64,000 nucleotides of DNA from the NCBI GenBank assembly GCA_052426225.1, contig JBNJNM010000021.1, positions 434,001-498,000 on the forward strand, given 5' to 3'. The notes beneath the pieces are model-generated. The model did not search any database. It had not been told where the DNA came from and saw only the letters and a program-made list of their open reading frames with translations. Positions 12,557-26,919 of the stretch are shown here, piece by piece. This DNA comes from Zancudomyces culisetae HAW-14-8 (lineage: Eukaryota; Fungi; Kickxellomycota). The position numbers and the translations under genes were made by a program. Position 1 is the first letter of the stretch. Each line of letters starts with the position of its first letter.

Positions 12557-15500
12557 TTAATTAGTTACAGTGTAATTAAAAGAGGTATTGAAAATTTGAC
12601 CAGTTGAAGTATCAATAAGATGGATAGGAACTTCAAAGTTCCCATTATTTGGATTGATTTGAATATTGGTAAAATCCTTGTATAGAGGAGCCAGACAAAA
12701 TAGAGAATCAGGAGACTTGTACTCAAAATATACAGGAGGAATACCATTGAATAAAAGTTTTATAGAGGGAGTAAAATTACAACCAGAAATGTTAAGGGAA
12801 GCACGAGAGCTGAAATCGGAGGGTTTATCAAAGAGATCCAGGTTGACGAGAGAAGAAGCTAAAGAAAGAGTACGAGAACGCTTTGGTGGAGAGATATGAA
12901 TGTTGGAAATGGAAGGAATAGGAGCAGAAAGAGAAGGATTGAGAAGTAGATTTGGATTGTTGTTGGAATTAGAGTTTATGTTTATGTTTGTGTTTGTGTT
13001 GGAATTAGAGTTGGTGTTGGAATTAGAGTTGGTGTTGGTGTTGGTGTTGGTGTTGGTGTTTGTGTTAGTGTTGATGCTGAAAGAAGAAAGAGAGGGATTA
13101 CAAACCATGCCGCCAAAAGTAGATAAAGAAGAAGAGGAAGAGGAAGGCAAAGAAGGTTCATTTGGGTAATTGAAACGATAGGTGGCACAATCAGTACCAA
13201 CAATAGTCCAAACAGCCGAGTCACCAACGTCTTCACACCAATGGAAATGGTTTGGTTGGGTGGATTTAAGTAGAGCAAAGTTAGAGACAGGCAAATCAAT
13301 GGTGGTATTTGCACGGCGACGGGCAGGGAAGGAATCCATTTGATCCATGGTGCGGCGCTTTTGACCACCTTTGATGTTGTGTAGTTGCGAGTACATATCA
13401 AGAGGAATGGGAGTAGAGGTAGAGGAGCGAGAAGGTAACATGTAAGGTTGCTGATCAAGAAGATCAAAGGAAGAAGAGGAAGGACGGTTGAAGAGGTAAG
13501 GAATGTGGTTGGCGCTGGATTGAGTAAAGTGTTTGCCACTAATGGAGCGTTGAAGACCAACAATATCACCAATGCAGGATAGATAGGTTCCAGGATAGCC
13601 AGATTCCTTGGAGGGAATAGCCATATTCCGATTAAGAGAATCAGCAGCTTTGTAGTTCGGAACCAAATGATGTGGTTGGTGTAATTCAAACGCCACTTTG
13701 TGTAGTTGGCTGACTGGATCGCCAACCGCGACACAATGCATTCCGTTGCTGTAGTATGAGCCGGTTGCATTACTGGTGCGCTCGACTTTCCGCAGAATCA
13801 AAATAGGACTGACCATTCCGGTAGATAAACACTGTAGCACTACTGGTTGGTTGTAGTGGATAGCAATAGGTGCACCTATTCCTTTCTTTCCGCCTTCTCC
13901 TCCGACAGTGTTTGCAAAATTAAAGTTTGGCGGTACTTTTGGGTTAAGGGCAACTACAGGAGGTGGTGGATACCCAGGAACTCGTACTTCATCGTAAGCT
14001 AGATTGTTACTGTTCATTACGTATGGATCAACTAACCAAATAATAAACAAATCCCACACCGAAGATCTTGCTACAAAACACGGACTGGAACTGTTGTCGC
14101 CTACACTTTTATCATTAGGATTGCTGTTGTTGTTGTTGTTACTACCACTGCCATTGCCACTGCACCAGCTCGGCACTTTTCCTCCTGCTACCATCGACTG
14201 ATTCACCCCCAAATACTTTGTACTGACTGTCTGCGACCGCAACCGGTTAAACAACGAGATTACAGATCCGTGATGAATACATAAATCTACATTTCGCACA
14301 CTCTGCCGCTTCTTTGATGGCTTACTAATCACTTTGATTGGCTTGCTGTAAAACTCTGCCTTCACCTCCCGTGTCTCTGCATCTAGCAACTTCACACTCA
14401 CATTGACCTTTTTGTTTTTATCGTCATTGTCGTTTATATACAAATGTTTTGCTACACACCGTCCCGCTAACCGCTCTATCCCCTCCACTTTTCCCATTCC
14501 ATCTCCCATTCCTCCTCCTATCATCATTCCTTTTACTTGTCCATGTCCATGTCCATGTCCTTGTCCTTGTCCCTGTCCCTGTCCTTGCTGTGTAATGTTT
14601 TTCATGTCTATTACATTTGATTCTACCAACCATTCCAGCTGTGCATTATGTCGTGCGCTTGATGTATTTAAATTACTCACTAATCCTGCACTGTTGCTTC
14701 CCGAATAGTTAATCTGATTCAAATTCCCTTGGTTATACGTCACATCCGCTGTTCCTCCATTATCCATTCCTGTAATCCCCACCGTCACCAACGGCATCGC
14801 CTTCTTCACTTCCTCCATCCCCACCATCTGTCCTCCTCCCTTAACCAACTCTCGCCCTATGTAACTGTTGCTGTCTCCAAAAAACATCACCACTGGTGGT
14901 GGACACAAAAACCGCTTCTCTGTTCCATACGACTTTTGCGCCACCTTCGCCGTAAATATCATCATCATCTTTTGTCCCTCCATCTCCTCCACATTCCCAA
15001 ACCCAAATCCCTTCGCCATCCCCTCCATCCCCTTCTCCACACTCTTCTCCGCCCCCGTCCCCGTCCCCGTCCCTGTTCCTGCTCCTGCTCCTGCTCCTGC
15101 TCCTACCCCCGCCACTCCCTCCTCCCCTTCCTCCTTCACCACCACCTCTTTCTCTTTTCCTTTTTCCACCTCTCTACCCTTTTCTTTTCCTCCACCTCTC
15201 TCTCTTCCTTCCCTTTCTTCCTCTTTATTATCGTTCCAACTATTCACACTCACTGATGACCCTTGTCTTGATTGGTTTTGTATGTTGTCTTGTTCCTCTC
15301 CCATCATCACCTTTTCTATATTCTTTCTTTTCCCCTTTATCCCTTCCTTGCTCTCTCCTATTCTCAACAACATCTCCAACGATTCCCCATTAAGTCCCAA
15401 TACTCCTCCTCCACTTCCCCCTCTGCCTCCCTCTGTAATGTCTAAAAGGTCTTCTCTATCTGGTAACTTTGGAAACGCTGAAAATCCTTCCCTCTCTCTC

Positions 15501-15644
15501 CCCATCCCCATCCCCATTCCCATTCCCATCCCCATGTTCATATTCATATTCATATTCATATTCATATTCATGTTCATATCCATTCCCATACCCATTCCCA
15601 TTCCCATTCCCATACCTGTCCCCATTCCTGTTCCTGTACCTGTT

Positions 15645-15685
<41 letters not shown>

Positions 15686-16471
15686 TCCTGCTAATCTATA
15701 CTTGAATTGCTCCTCCACCAATGTACTATTCTTGCTTTCGTTCCCATCCATTCTCCTAAAATCTAATACGTCTCTCCCCACCAACTCGTTAAAGTTCAAC
15801 CCTGCTCCTCCTCCCATTCCTCCCACTCCTCCCATACTATTAAGCATTCCTCCTCCCCCCATCCTTGGTGATACTTCATACTTTAAATACCCGTCTCCTC
15901 CCTCATTTCCCTTTGAATTCTGCATCTCCATCCCCCCAAATTGTGCCTTTTCCAAGATTCGCGCCATACTCATATCCAACTCCGCCATCAATCCTCTATT
16001 CGCATCAAATCCCATCCCCCCTTCTCCATTTATAAATCCTCGCCATTCATTAATTCCTATTTCATTCCCCTCTACTCGATTCTCCCCTCCTTGTCCCTCT
16101 CCCCCACCACCACCACCTCCTCCTCCATATACTATCGGAAGCGCTGAATCTCCCATTAATCCCCCCATAAGCTCTACTCCTATTTGATTCGTCTCGCTCA
16201 TTGTCATTCGTCGCTTTCTTGCTCTTCCCCCTTCTCCTCCCATACTCAGTCCCGCTGCTTCCAACTCCCACTCATTTCCAAATATTCCTCCCTCTAAAAT
16301 CCCTTCTCCATTCTCCCGCATCATCCCTCCCCCCATTCCAACCCCTACTCCCATTCCTCCTCCTCCTCCTCCACCACTTCCACCACCTCCTCCTCCTGCC
16401 CCATTACCATTACCATTACCTCCTCCACTACTACTTCCTGCCCTACTCATCTCTTCTATATAATTCATCAT
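12557..16471 (-). CDS. CSL-family (RBPJ/Su(H)/LAG-1; fungal Cbf11/Cbf12-type) transcription factor with a long low-complexity N-terminus
   Basis: AKVAQKSYGTEKRFLCPPP, SKPIKVISKPSKKRQS, SLFNRLRSQTVSTKYL, IHYNQPVVLQC, GDPVSQLHKVAF, WTIVGTD, and a C-terminal IPT-like domain. Confidence 0.93.
15500..15690. repeat. Compound coding hexanucleotide microsatellite encoding (GT)n-(GM)n-(NM)n-(GM)n in CSL
   Basis: Tandem CCTGTC, CCCATT and CATATT units on the + strand. Confidence 0.9.
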
Positions 16472-19400
16472 GTTTCGCTTTATTTCTTCTATTCTTTGTC
16501 TCTTCTATTTGACTATTTTACAAGTTCATCTATTCCCTTTTTTTTTCACTGTCTCTTTCTCTCTCTTTTTGCCTCACTTTGTAATACCCTTCTCTTCTCT
16601 TTCTTTTGCTGTTGTCGTTGCTGTTGCTATTGCCTTGATATTCTAAGTAAAAAAAAATGCACCTTGTATTATGCCTTGTATGCACTCTTGATTTGCTTTT
16701 GTTGTTTTGCTTTACTTTGTCTTTTCTTTGTACCCTTTGGAAATTCAAACAAAAAAAAAACTCCAATTCTTCCTTTCCCTCTCTTTTTCCTTCTTCTCTA
16801 TATCGCCTTGGTTGTATCCCTTTTTCCCGGCCTTTTTTTTTTTGCTCTTTTTCCTTTTTCCTTCTTGAAAAAACAAAAACAAAAACAAAATAAAGCCCTT
16901 GTGTATTCTGAACTCTAATGCTATCTATTTTTTTATTATCTTTTATCAGTATTTGTTTACTTTTTTTTTTTTACTGTTTCTCTGTTACTCTTTCCTTCAA
17001 ATTTTACTTTTCACTCATCCAATCTCTCTTTTTGCTTTGTTTTGCTTTGTCAACAATACCAAAACTATTTTAACCTCCCCCCCCCCTCCTCCTCCTCCCC
17101 TCAACATAATATACGTCTCAATCACTCTCAATTACTACCTCTCCTATATTCCAAATTATAAACTTTTTTTTTCCTTACACTTGCCTGTATCGCTCTATTT
17201 CTACCCTTGTACCTTCTATGCTTTCTCGCTCTATTGCTTACTACCTAATTTTTTTATTCATTTATTCTCTTCTTATGACCTGTCTTTTTTTTTCTGTTTT
17301 GATTTTTTTTTGTTTTGTATTGTATTATATTATATTGTGAGTGTTGTATTGTATTGTATTGTATTGTAGTATTTGTACTATTTCACCACTCCTTTCTCTT
17401 TAATCCACTCTCTCCTGTCTTTTGGTAAACAATTAAACGCTTTTTTAAACACCAAACATTTAAAATCGTCTTAAATCCACCTCTGAATAATAATAAAAAC
17501 CCTCAACAAAATTTACACAAATTATCAACAAACCATTTCCAAAATTCCTTTGTATTTACAAATATCATTCAGTGCTATGTTACCTTTTCTTTTTATTTCT
17601 TTTCCTCCTCCCCCAATCCCGATATGTCAATCAATCTACCTCTTTTCAGTTGCAATTGAATTTCGATTGCTCTTTTTTTTTTTCTACCTTGCCTTCTATT
17701 TGGTAATATTATAGCCTTAATTACTATGTTTGCTATTTCTAATCTTTATTACCAAAATTAAATTAAACTCTTGCTCTATGTTTTTTTTTTTTGCTTTTGT
17801 CTTTGAAAATTTTCAAAATTCTACGTTTCAACCGGTATTTATTCACTCATATATATAATTTATCCTCTATTCTCTTCTTTTTTTGCCCTTTACTTTATTT
17901 ACTGATTTCAAACAATACCCTCAATAACACATCAGTCTTCTCCCCTCTCCCCCCTTTCATTTTCAACTCTATACTTGCTTTTGCTATCTAGACTCGCAAA
18001 AATGATCACATTTTTCTAAATTTTTTTTGTTCTTTTGCCGCATTAAAAAAAAAACATTATTTAACTTGGCCAAATTATTTTGCAATATAATTTTTCTTTT
18101 TTATTATTACTATTATTATAATAATTGTTATTATTATTATTTTTTTTTATTTTACAAAATCCTGCACCAATCCCCAATATTCTCATTAATTTTCCTTTTC
18201 CGCCCTTAACACTTACAACCACCAAAAAAAAAAAAAACATATAACAAAAAAGAACCAAAACTCAATCAAGCAAACATGTACATCGTTGTGAACCTCTGAA
18301 AATTGAAATATTGGTACATAAAACTTGCATTCCTAATACTCTCCCTCTATCTTCTCCTTCCTCATACACCTCTAGATATTAAAAAGACGCATCACAACGA
18401 TGATCTCTAACTGAGAATGTCCTTTTTTTTTTACCTCTTCATTTTCCTTATCCACTTTTCCCACTTCCCTTACATACTCATTGTTCTTCACAACCCACCT
18501 GCGAAAATACTACACAGGATTTTCCTCACCTCAAAGCATGAAAAAAATTAATAAAATAGAAGGATTCGCTATACTTCAATGTTCACCAGCATTTTTTTTA
18601 CTTCCTTGATTTAAAACATATCTTTCTTTTTTCACCTTTTGTTTTTTTTTTCTTTTTTTTTACATAAAATATTTTTCGATTAATAAAAAAAATACCACTA
18701 TTCCCAATTTTGCCTCTCAATTTCCTATAATACTACCAGATACCCCCTCGTGTATCTTCCAAAGATTAACTATCATTGTACCAAATAATTTGTTTTACAT
18801 AATCCATCATCTGCCATAAAATACAACAATTCATCACGCCAAAGAACAATCAAATACAACATTATACAACAACAAATGCATTGCCGCCATAAATGAAAAT
18901 GTCCTGTACTCATTTTTCCTATAGTTCCCACTCGATTTTCTACACATTCTCAAAGATTAACAACTCCTCGTAAGTCCCCATGTCAACTATGATGTAAGAT
19001 TTTCTCAAGCATTGTGCGTTTTTTCCACAAATCCAGAATATCTCTGGCTCATTCATCACCATCCTTATCCTAAAATTTTAGACATATACGCCCAAATACA
19101 CACGCCCACACTTATACATATCCTATCTACTATTCTTTCTAAATTCTAAACCCAATCATCCTCTATTTACAAGTAGACCTTGCCACCACGAAAAAATAAA
19201 AAAAATTGTTGCAAAATGTCGTATGCAATCCTATCATACATTCATATGCACATACTTTAGCTCATTTGTACACTTTATCTTTACTATTGCTTGCTTGCTT
19301 ATTTAAGGCCATTTCTTAGCCTACCGACATTTGCAAAGTATACGGACACTGACCTCATCATTCCACCAACATTTCCATACTTGTCCCACTATTACATTAC

Positions 19401-20412
19401 TGATACCATTCAGCGCAACATTTTTTAAATATGTGGTTTTTCATCCTTTTACTCTGATTAACAGGCTACTATCTTAATTTTCTCTTTTTTTTTCACTTTT
19501 AAATTCAAAAAACGTACCAACGCTGTACACCTTAAATCAGATTCAAGTACATTGAAAAGAAAAGAAAAACAAACAAACTGACCTTTACCAATCAATAATA
19601 ATATTCTCTTTTCTTCTTAATTTACATTTTCTATCTCGTAGCTTATCTAAAAAAGAGCAAAGATCTAGATCACATTTAATCTAAATACTAAAGTTCTTTA
19701 GCTTATAAAACTGCCCATATACTCACCCCTGCATCATCACCCCCCCCCACTCTTTCACTCTTTCTTTATTCATATATCGACTGTCTCTTACACGCTTGCT
19801 CGTTTAATGTTTCATTATATAGCTTAAAATGCAAAGCAAAATTGTTTACATACTACATATCTTTTACTCATTTCTGAAAAAGATAACGAGGAATGCAACG
19901 CCTCTTGTTATACACTCACCATATCTTGCCTTAACACATACAAGCTTTGTTTTGTTTTGTTTTGTTTATGTTTTTTATACTTTGCATGTGTATGTGTATG
20001 TGTATGTATGCATGTATAGACAGTAGCCCTCCCCCCAAAACCTCCTCCATTCGCACTCCCCTCTTCCATCTTAGCCATTGTTATAAGCCTCACTTTTATG
20101 TAATCGCAAATTTCACAGTTTGTAAATCAAGTTAATCAAAATAAAATTTATACCCAATTACAATTTCCCAAACTAAATCTCAACTTCAGGATTTTGACCT
20201 TTAAAAAAAAAAAATTACAATAAAAGCAGTAAATATACCAGCACCAATATTAACCCCATCCCCTCCCAAAAAATCAAAATAGGAAACAAAAAAAATAATA
20301 ATCAAATCCCCCTTTTAGTATACACTCATTAGCACTTTAACCTTCACTTTGTGGTGATTTCCACCTACTTGACTACTTTTTAATTCACTTTTCACCTGTA
20401 CGTTCCGCAATA

Positions 20413-20493
20413 TTAATAATTATAATTATAAATGAAATAATAATAATAATAATAATAATAATAGTAATAAAAGGAGTAATAATAATAATAATA
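20413..20493. repeat. Imperfect (TAA)n microsatellite
   Basis: Two taataataa runs separated by aaaaggag. Confidence 0.8.
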
Positions 20494-23400
20494 AAAGGAA
20501 TAACGCATCATTCTTTTTATTAAACGCAACTTGTGTTTATAATTAGATATATGAGCAACACATACAACCCCCCCTTTTTGTACACAAATATATCCGTTTA
20601 CAATGTGATACAAGTAAGCAGTAACAACACCTATACTAGGAATAATAATAATAGAAATATCACTGTGTTTATATAAAACCTTACCAACCTTTTTCTTTTC
20701 CGTTTCCGCTCCCGCTTCTTCTTTTTTCCTTTTTGCGTTTACGCTTTTCTTTTTACCTTTAACTACGTTTTACTTTTGAATATTTCCGTCCTCGGGGTTT
20801 TGCTATTATTTTTATTCGTTTAGTATTATATATTCCTTGTTAAACATAGTTGCATTTTTCTCTTTGGAATATATTTTTATATAAACATGTTCTTGTTTTA
20901 TAGAGACTTGATGTATTTACATTTAATATTTGTTATACTCTCCTCCCCTAGAAATACTTGCACCTAAACAACCTTATCACTTTAACTTTTGCCCCCTTTT
21001 ATTTTTATCCCTTTAAACTTTTGGCCTTTTTTTTAATAAGCTTGAATAAATAAAAACAAAAAAAACGAATCAGTGGACCGGTTTTATCAACTAAGCACAC
21101 ACATACTAGCACATTTCTATTAATTTATTTTACCAATACATCATGTTATTCTCTCACACTTCACACCTCATACTCATACCCTACCCCCCTTATTCGTCTT
21201 TTTTTTCTTGGTCAGTTGGTATGCCACCTCCCACCTCCCCCCCCCCTTTTCTCGAAAATTTAGTGAGTTTAAGGCAGGCGGTCAATATTCTTTTATATTT
21301 GTTTTTGAGCTTTTATTATGATATTTTGGTGAAATCACTATAGATAATACTGGATAAATGCAATGATTAAAATAGCTGGCTCATTAATTGTAATTCAGCC
21401 ATTGTTTACCCGAAAAAATGCAATGAAATAGAATTAAAAAAAAGCTGCATAATTTTTTTATTGATGGTTTTATTTTAATTCAATAAAGTTTTAGGTTATG
21501 AATGGATTGCATGTACAACGTTATTCACTATATGGAACTACAAAGCAGTGAGGTAAAACTCGTGGGGGAGGTGAGGATGTGTTGTGTGTATGTGTATGTG
21601 TGTATGTGTCAATCTATTATCTGTAAATGGATCCGACAAGGCTATGTTCATCTTGCAATCTAAAACTAAAATTTGAAAAGCAACGCTTTTTCTTTGGTGG
21701 ACAGTTCTTTGTATTTTTTGCACAAGATGTCCAAAAAATATATATATTACATTTATAATTGCAATAATGGCGGCAACTATTATTAATTATCATAACACAG
21801 GATGAATCAACTGTGTACGATGATTAATCTCCGCTTCTTTTCAAATTTGTCATTACTCACATCGAGTTCTTTTTTAATTAATTAATTTGTTTAGACCAAT
21901 TCAATTTACCTAAAGTTATTAACGATCATTACAAGCGTTGCTCATTTAGTACATTAAAAATCTTAGAAATTATAAATACAGTTCAAATATTGAATCACAT
22001 CTAAAATGCAAGAAAATAAAAACTCAACCATTACATCATCAATACAGAGGGGAGGAAGGGGAAGAGTTTGTAGACTTTTTCTCCTATCTCCACTAATATC
22101 TATTTCAAGAGCTAGCTTGTCCAACACCAATCGTAGCTACGTCCAGCCTTAGTTTTCTAACCACTTTTTGCTCTCTTCTTTTCTCGCAGTGCTTTTAAAG
22201 AAATGATGGATTGTTTCAAGCTTTCAACGAGAAATTGGTGAGGATACGGATAGTTTCAATAATAGCATGGATATGTTTATGGTGAGATAAGGATCCGACG
22301 AGTATGATGTTTTCAACTTTGGAAAAGTTTGCATTATTGCCTTTATTAAACTATTACGAGTTATCGAAAAATAATTAAAAATCATAACACGTGTTTATTG
22401 GATGTAAATCATCGCCAATACATAATTGCACACTCCAAATTGCAAGTGTTCCTTTACTGCCTATGGCTTAATCGATTTTAGGATTGTCCATTTACTCCAG
22501 CTTATAACTAAAACGGTTAAGCACGCAAATATATGATAATACTGACCTTGAGCCTATAAATGCTCATCCACGTCATTTTTAAAAATCTTGTGTTCCTACT
22601 TTTGCGCTATTTTTTTTTGTCTTTTATCGTCTATAATGGTTTTTAATTTCGAGATATAGAGGTTTTAGAACCATATATCTAAAAAGAGATGAAATATAGA
22701 CATTTATATTTGTAGCAATTTGCTCCTACGAAGCCCTAGAAGTGCTGACGTTATTATATAAATTTGTCATTAGCGACAATTTGTAATCGTCAACATATAC
22801 TTACACCTATCCCTCTCACTAATTCACTGCTCCTAACTCTTCCCCTCCCAAAAAACAACAAGAATAAAGCGCTCAATAACACACACACACACACCTTATA
22901 GCTACGTTTATATATAGATTTTTAGAGCATAAAAACATGAATAAACGCAAAAAACGCAAACAAATAACATTTAAACAACCACATACACATATCTATCTAC
23001 ACACCATTTGTGCGTACCTTCCAGAAATCCTATAACACACGCTTATTTACTTCTACCCCCCCACCACTCAACTCTTTCTTTTCTTTTTTACCCATCCTTT
23101 TACCCACCCTACCCCAACACTATATCCACCACAAAGACACTTTCTCTCATAACATCTAATCACTAACACTGCTATTGTTTTCACAGCAAACTGTGCACAT
23201 TATAGGAGGTGAAAATGACTACAGACCAAAAATTAAATACTATATCTTGCGTCTATGTAGTTCGCCCAACACTCATCATTTAACCAAAAACAAGATTGGA
23301 CGACAAAGTTTATAGAGCTGCTCATTTACTTTTTTATGTTAACTAAACCATCTCTTTTTCTTTACTTTAGTTTTCTTTCTCTTCAAGGTCGAGTAGCCTG

Positions 23401-23899
23401 ATTCTAGAGATACAAAGATGTTGATTTTAAAATAGAATCTATCGAATAAATTTATCAAATCACTTGATATTTATAATTTTTTCCCAGAAATTCGTAAATA
23501 TATCAGCTGATTCATCCCTACTGGCTATTTTACTAGACACGGCCTACTCCATGATCTTTTAAAGCGATGGTGTGGTAACAGCGAATTTTCATCAATTCGT
23601 TTATTAGCGGTAAATCACTATTCTGGTTCAGGATCTAAGAATATTCTTTGCGTTCATTTATATTGAAGCACTTGAAAAATATTTCCTATTAGTAAATTAC
23701 TAGTGCAAGTAACTAAAAAAAATGCTGAATAAACATCAACATCAACATCAACATCGATACCAATACTAACATCAACTAAAATAAACAGGTTATCAAAAAT
23801 AATAAGTTTTAATAATTTGTTTATAATCACAAGCAGAGTTGAATCGTGCTCTTCTAGGTATTCTTTTATGATTTATAAGTTTGTGGTTGATGATTTCTG

Positions 23900-25210
23900 G
23901 GTGGTTCAAGAACATTTGGGGAATCAACACCTTCACCTGGTAGCTCGACGTCATAGTCTCTGAGAACATTGGCTACAATAGTAAACATTTTTACTCATGC
24001 CAAATTACGACCTGGACAGATACACACACCCCCTCCATAACAAGAAATCCCATAATGTTTCTTTTTAGACAACTGGTATTTGAGGCCCATAAATATGTCT
24101 GGGTTATACGGTGATCAGCTTTTACAAATCGTTCCATAGTTGTAGGCGCTGTCTATGGAAAGAAACGCCATTTTATTTTTTTGTAATGGTACTCCACATA
24201 AGATGATGTCATCTATAATATCTCGGGAAATTATCGTTTACCATTCCTCTGTATACTCCAGAATATCAATGATAGAACACCACCACTCATACTATTGTTT
24301 CACTGGCTGCATGTACTCCTGTCATAGACATTCCAGTAATCTCCAAGTACAAGTACTAGGACCCCAACACTGAAACACATTGACTTCTTGCCTCAAAGAG
24401 ATCCTGCAAGGTGTTTTTTTTTTTTGCACTTTATCTGGTTTTGTTTTTTGTATGTTTCTCTTGATTCTTGATAATATCAATGTTGAAATTTCTTGAGTTA
24501 TTTCTAATTTCCAACATTAATTAATAAGCGTTTTAAATCAGTTTGCCACAAAAAAGATAGAAAAAGCTATCAAAATTTTTTAAAAAGAAATGACTAGTTC
24601 ACCAGAAAAGTATGCAATCAAAGTATAACACCAATCAAAGAGGAAATGCTACCAGTAAAACCGAATAGTGTACACTTTGTTTCCACATATTCACCACTCC
24701 GGTGCGCACCAGTGTTAATTGCACCAAGGGATATCCCAAAAATCAATTTATTGATTACATCTGTTTCAACATGTTTGAAATATTTCTCATGATCCATAAT
24801 GAGTACATCACTTTGCACTTGAATACCACCTTCAAGGCCTTTTTTCAAAATCAATATACTGGAATAGAGTACTATTCTTTTGATTTTTGATGACACATTT
24901 GTAAATAATTCGACAGAAAACTGTCTTTGTATATCTAATCCACTATGCGGTACTATATCCAGTTTTATTTTTATCGCTTTAAGCGATTTATAATACAAGA
25001 ATGGGTTTTAAATATCAATACGTGTATCTATAGCCATATCTACTATTCCTCTGTTATGAACTGTTGCTTGTAGTATCAAGCGTATTTTCTGGTAGAAAAT
25101 ATTTCTAATATACAGCTGCAATTGGATACTTATGTTGCAAGGATATAATCTATTAACTTTAAGCTGTTGATAATACAGAAATAAAGAGAACCGATCCCAT
25201 CATGAACTTG
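23900..25210 (-). pseudogene. Degraded cytochrome P450 pseudogene (bounds approximate)
   Basis: Heme-ligand remnant ICPGRNLA*VKMFTIVANVLRDYDVELP (Cys codon 24018-24016). Also DDIILCGVPLQKNKMAFLSI..YNPDIFMG (beta-strand/PERF-like) and ETDVINKLIFGISLG. Multiple stops and frameshifts. Confidence 0.75.
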
Positions 25211-26919
25211 TTGTCACTTCTGAGCTTATCCAATACTTGTGCTGAAGCAGCCTAAAATAAATGGTTAACTTGTATTACACATTTATAATTTTGTTTATCC
25301 TTGTTCATTTATTCATTTTTGCTTTATTGTGGTATTGCTAAGTCGCTTATTAGAAAGAGGTAGGACTGTAATGAGATCTGCGACCAATTGTCTATAGCTA
25401 CTTTTTTGTGGTACTATTGCAGCAAAAACACGGATAGTTATAAAGCCCATGCCACGTTTTTATGATAAAAATGTAAAAGTCTATCTTTTATTTACAGTTT
25501 TTTATGACTTTTTTTATAGGGTTTATACTTAAACATTTTATATCACTTTTATTTAGTTCGCTTTTTAATAACCATAATATCTTATAATAATAATAATATA
25601 ATAGTAATAACTAATAATAATCTGAATCGCCTTCACCCATAAATCCTCAAACTCGCTATAATTGAAAAACGGTAATAAACCAAAGCCTGTATGAAAGCCT
25701 GTTCCTTTTGAAAAGTATAAACCTAGGACTTTATCATATGACTAATAATAATTAACTTTGATTATAAAATAGAACTGATAACGACTTTCCCAGTTCACAC
25801 ATACTAGTCCTTGTTTTTTTTTCTGAGCCAAGTTAACTTTTTCCAATGTAATTAACAATGCATTTGCGACACAATTACTTGCTTTATATGGCTACACAAG
25901 TAAACCCACTTTACGTCTAATACTTTTCAACCACTATATTTGGGTTTGCTAATCTGTACCATCCAAACTATGTTTAAAATTTGTAAAAAAAGGACAAAAG
26001 CCGATAAAAATTGATAATTTCACGCTCCCATCCATTTTAGCAACCAGGACAGAAAAATATTGTTTAGCCCCACTTTTAACAGCAGAAACCGACTTTGACC
26101 ATTTATTTCTTTCTGAAAGCAATTATTATTTTGAAGGGTATGGCGTATTTGCATCAAAATTGAAACTGTTGCGAGATTAAAGGCAGTCGAGTAAAGCTCT
26201 CAAGCAGGAGGTGGAGCAGAAGGGTTAATATGAAACAAAGAACAGAGCTGATTTCAGTTTTTCTTTTCTTTTAGGCTTATTAGCTGCAAAATACTCACAG
26301 CACATAACACTCGTGTTAGCAATTCTGGTAGTGTTGTACAAGCAAGTACAGAGTTAATATCTATATTAGAAAACGGGTTGTGCATGCAAGCACAACAGAG
26401 TTTATTTGTTACCTCAAAGTCAGTGATTAAAATACAATGTACTAGAGGCCAATATATATTGCTGCATTCTCACTAAAATAAGCTGTATCTCCTTATTTGA
26501 AGCGGAAATAATAGATAGCTAATTCCTATCACTACTGTCTTGTGAATAGAAGGGTTGTAAATATATAACTCACAAGCTTTCCAAAAGCCTTCATAACAAT
26601 TTGAAAGCAAAAGCAATTCATGGGTAACATCCATTCATTAAGCTACCTTTCTTTGGATATGTGTACACATAAATCGATTGTAATGTGAAATAGTTTGTGG
26701 ATTTTGCTTATCATTTCCTGGAATATAACATGATTGGCGATATTTTTACACCTTGTAATTTTTAACGGATGACATGGTTCGTATCTCAAGATTTTTGTTA
26801 GCTCATTCGACACTTTTTATTAATTAAGCATTCTTAATTTTTTTCCTTTCTTCTTGAACAGGCGATCATACTAGAATTTCCAGCAAAAGAAAAAACAAAG
26901 GTTAAAATATATTCCAAAA

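Noticed and set aside
14868-16187. 439-aa Pro/Ser-rich ORF on the + strand
   Set aside because: Antisense shadow of the low-complexity CSL N-terminus.
18458-18931. Two GTGGGAA CSL-binding sites upstream of the CSL gene (possible autoregulation)
   Set aside because: Two 7-mers in about 10 kb is close to chance expectation.
23995-23997. In-frame TGA after the P450 motif CPGRNLA as a second Sec codon
   Set aside because: It is not at a Cys position and is probably a TGG>TGA change. The surrounding sequence has several other stops and frameshifts.
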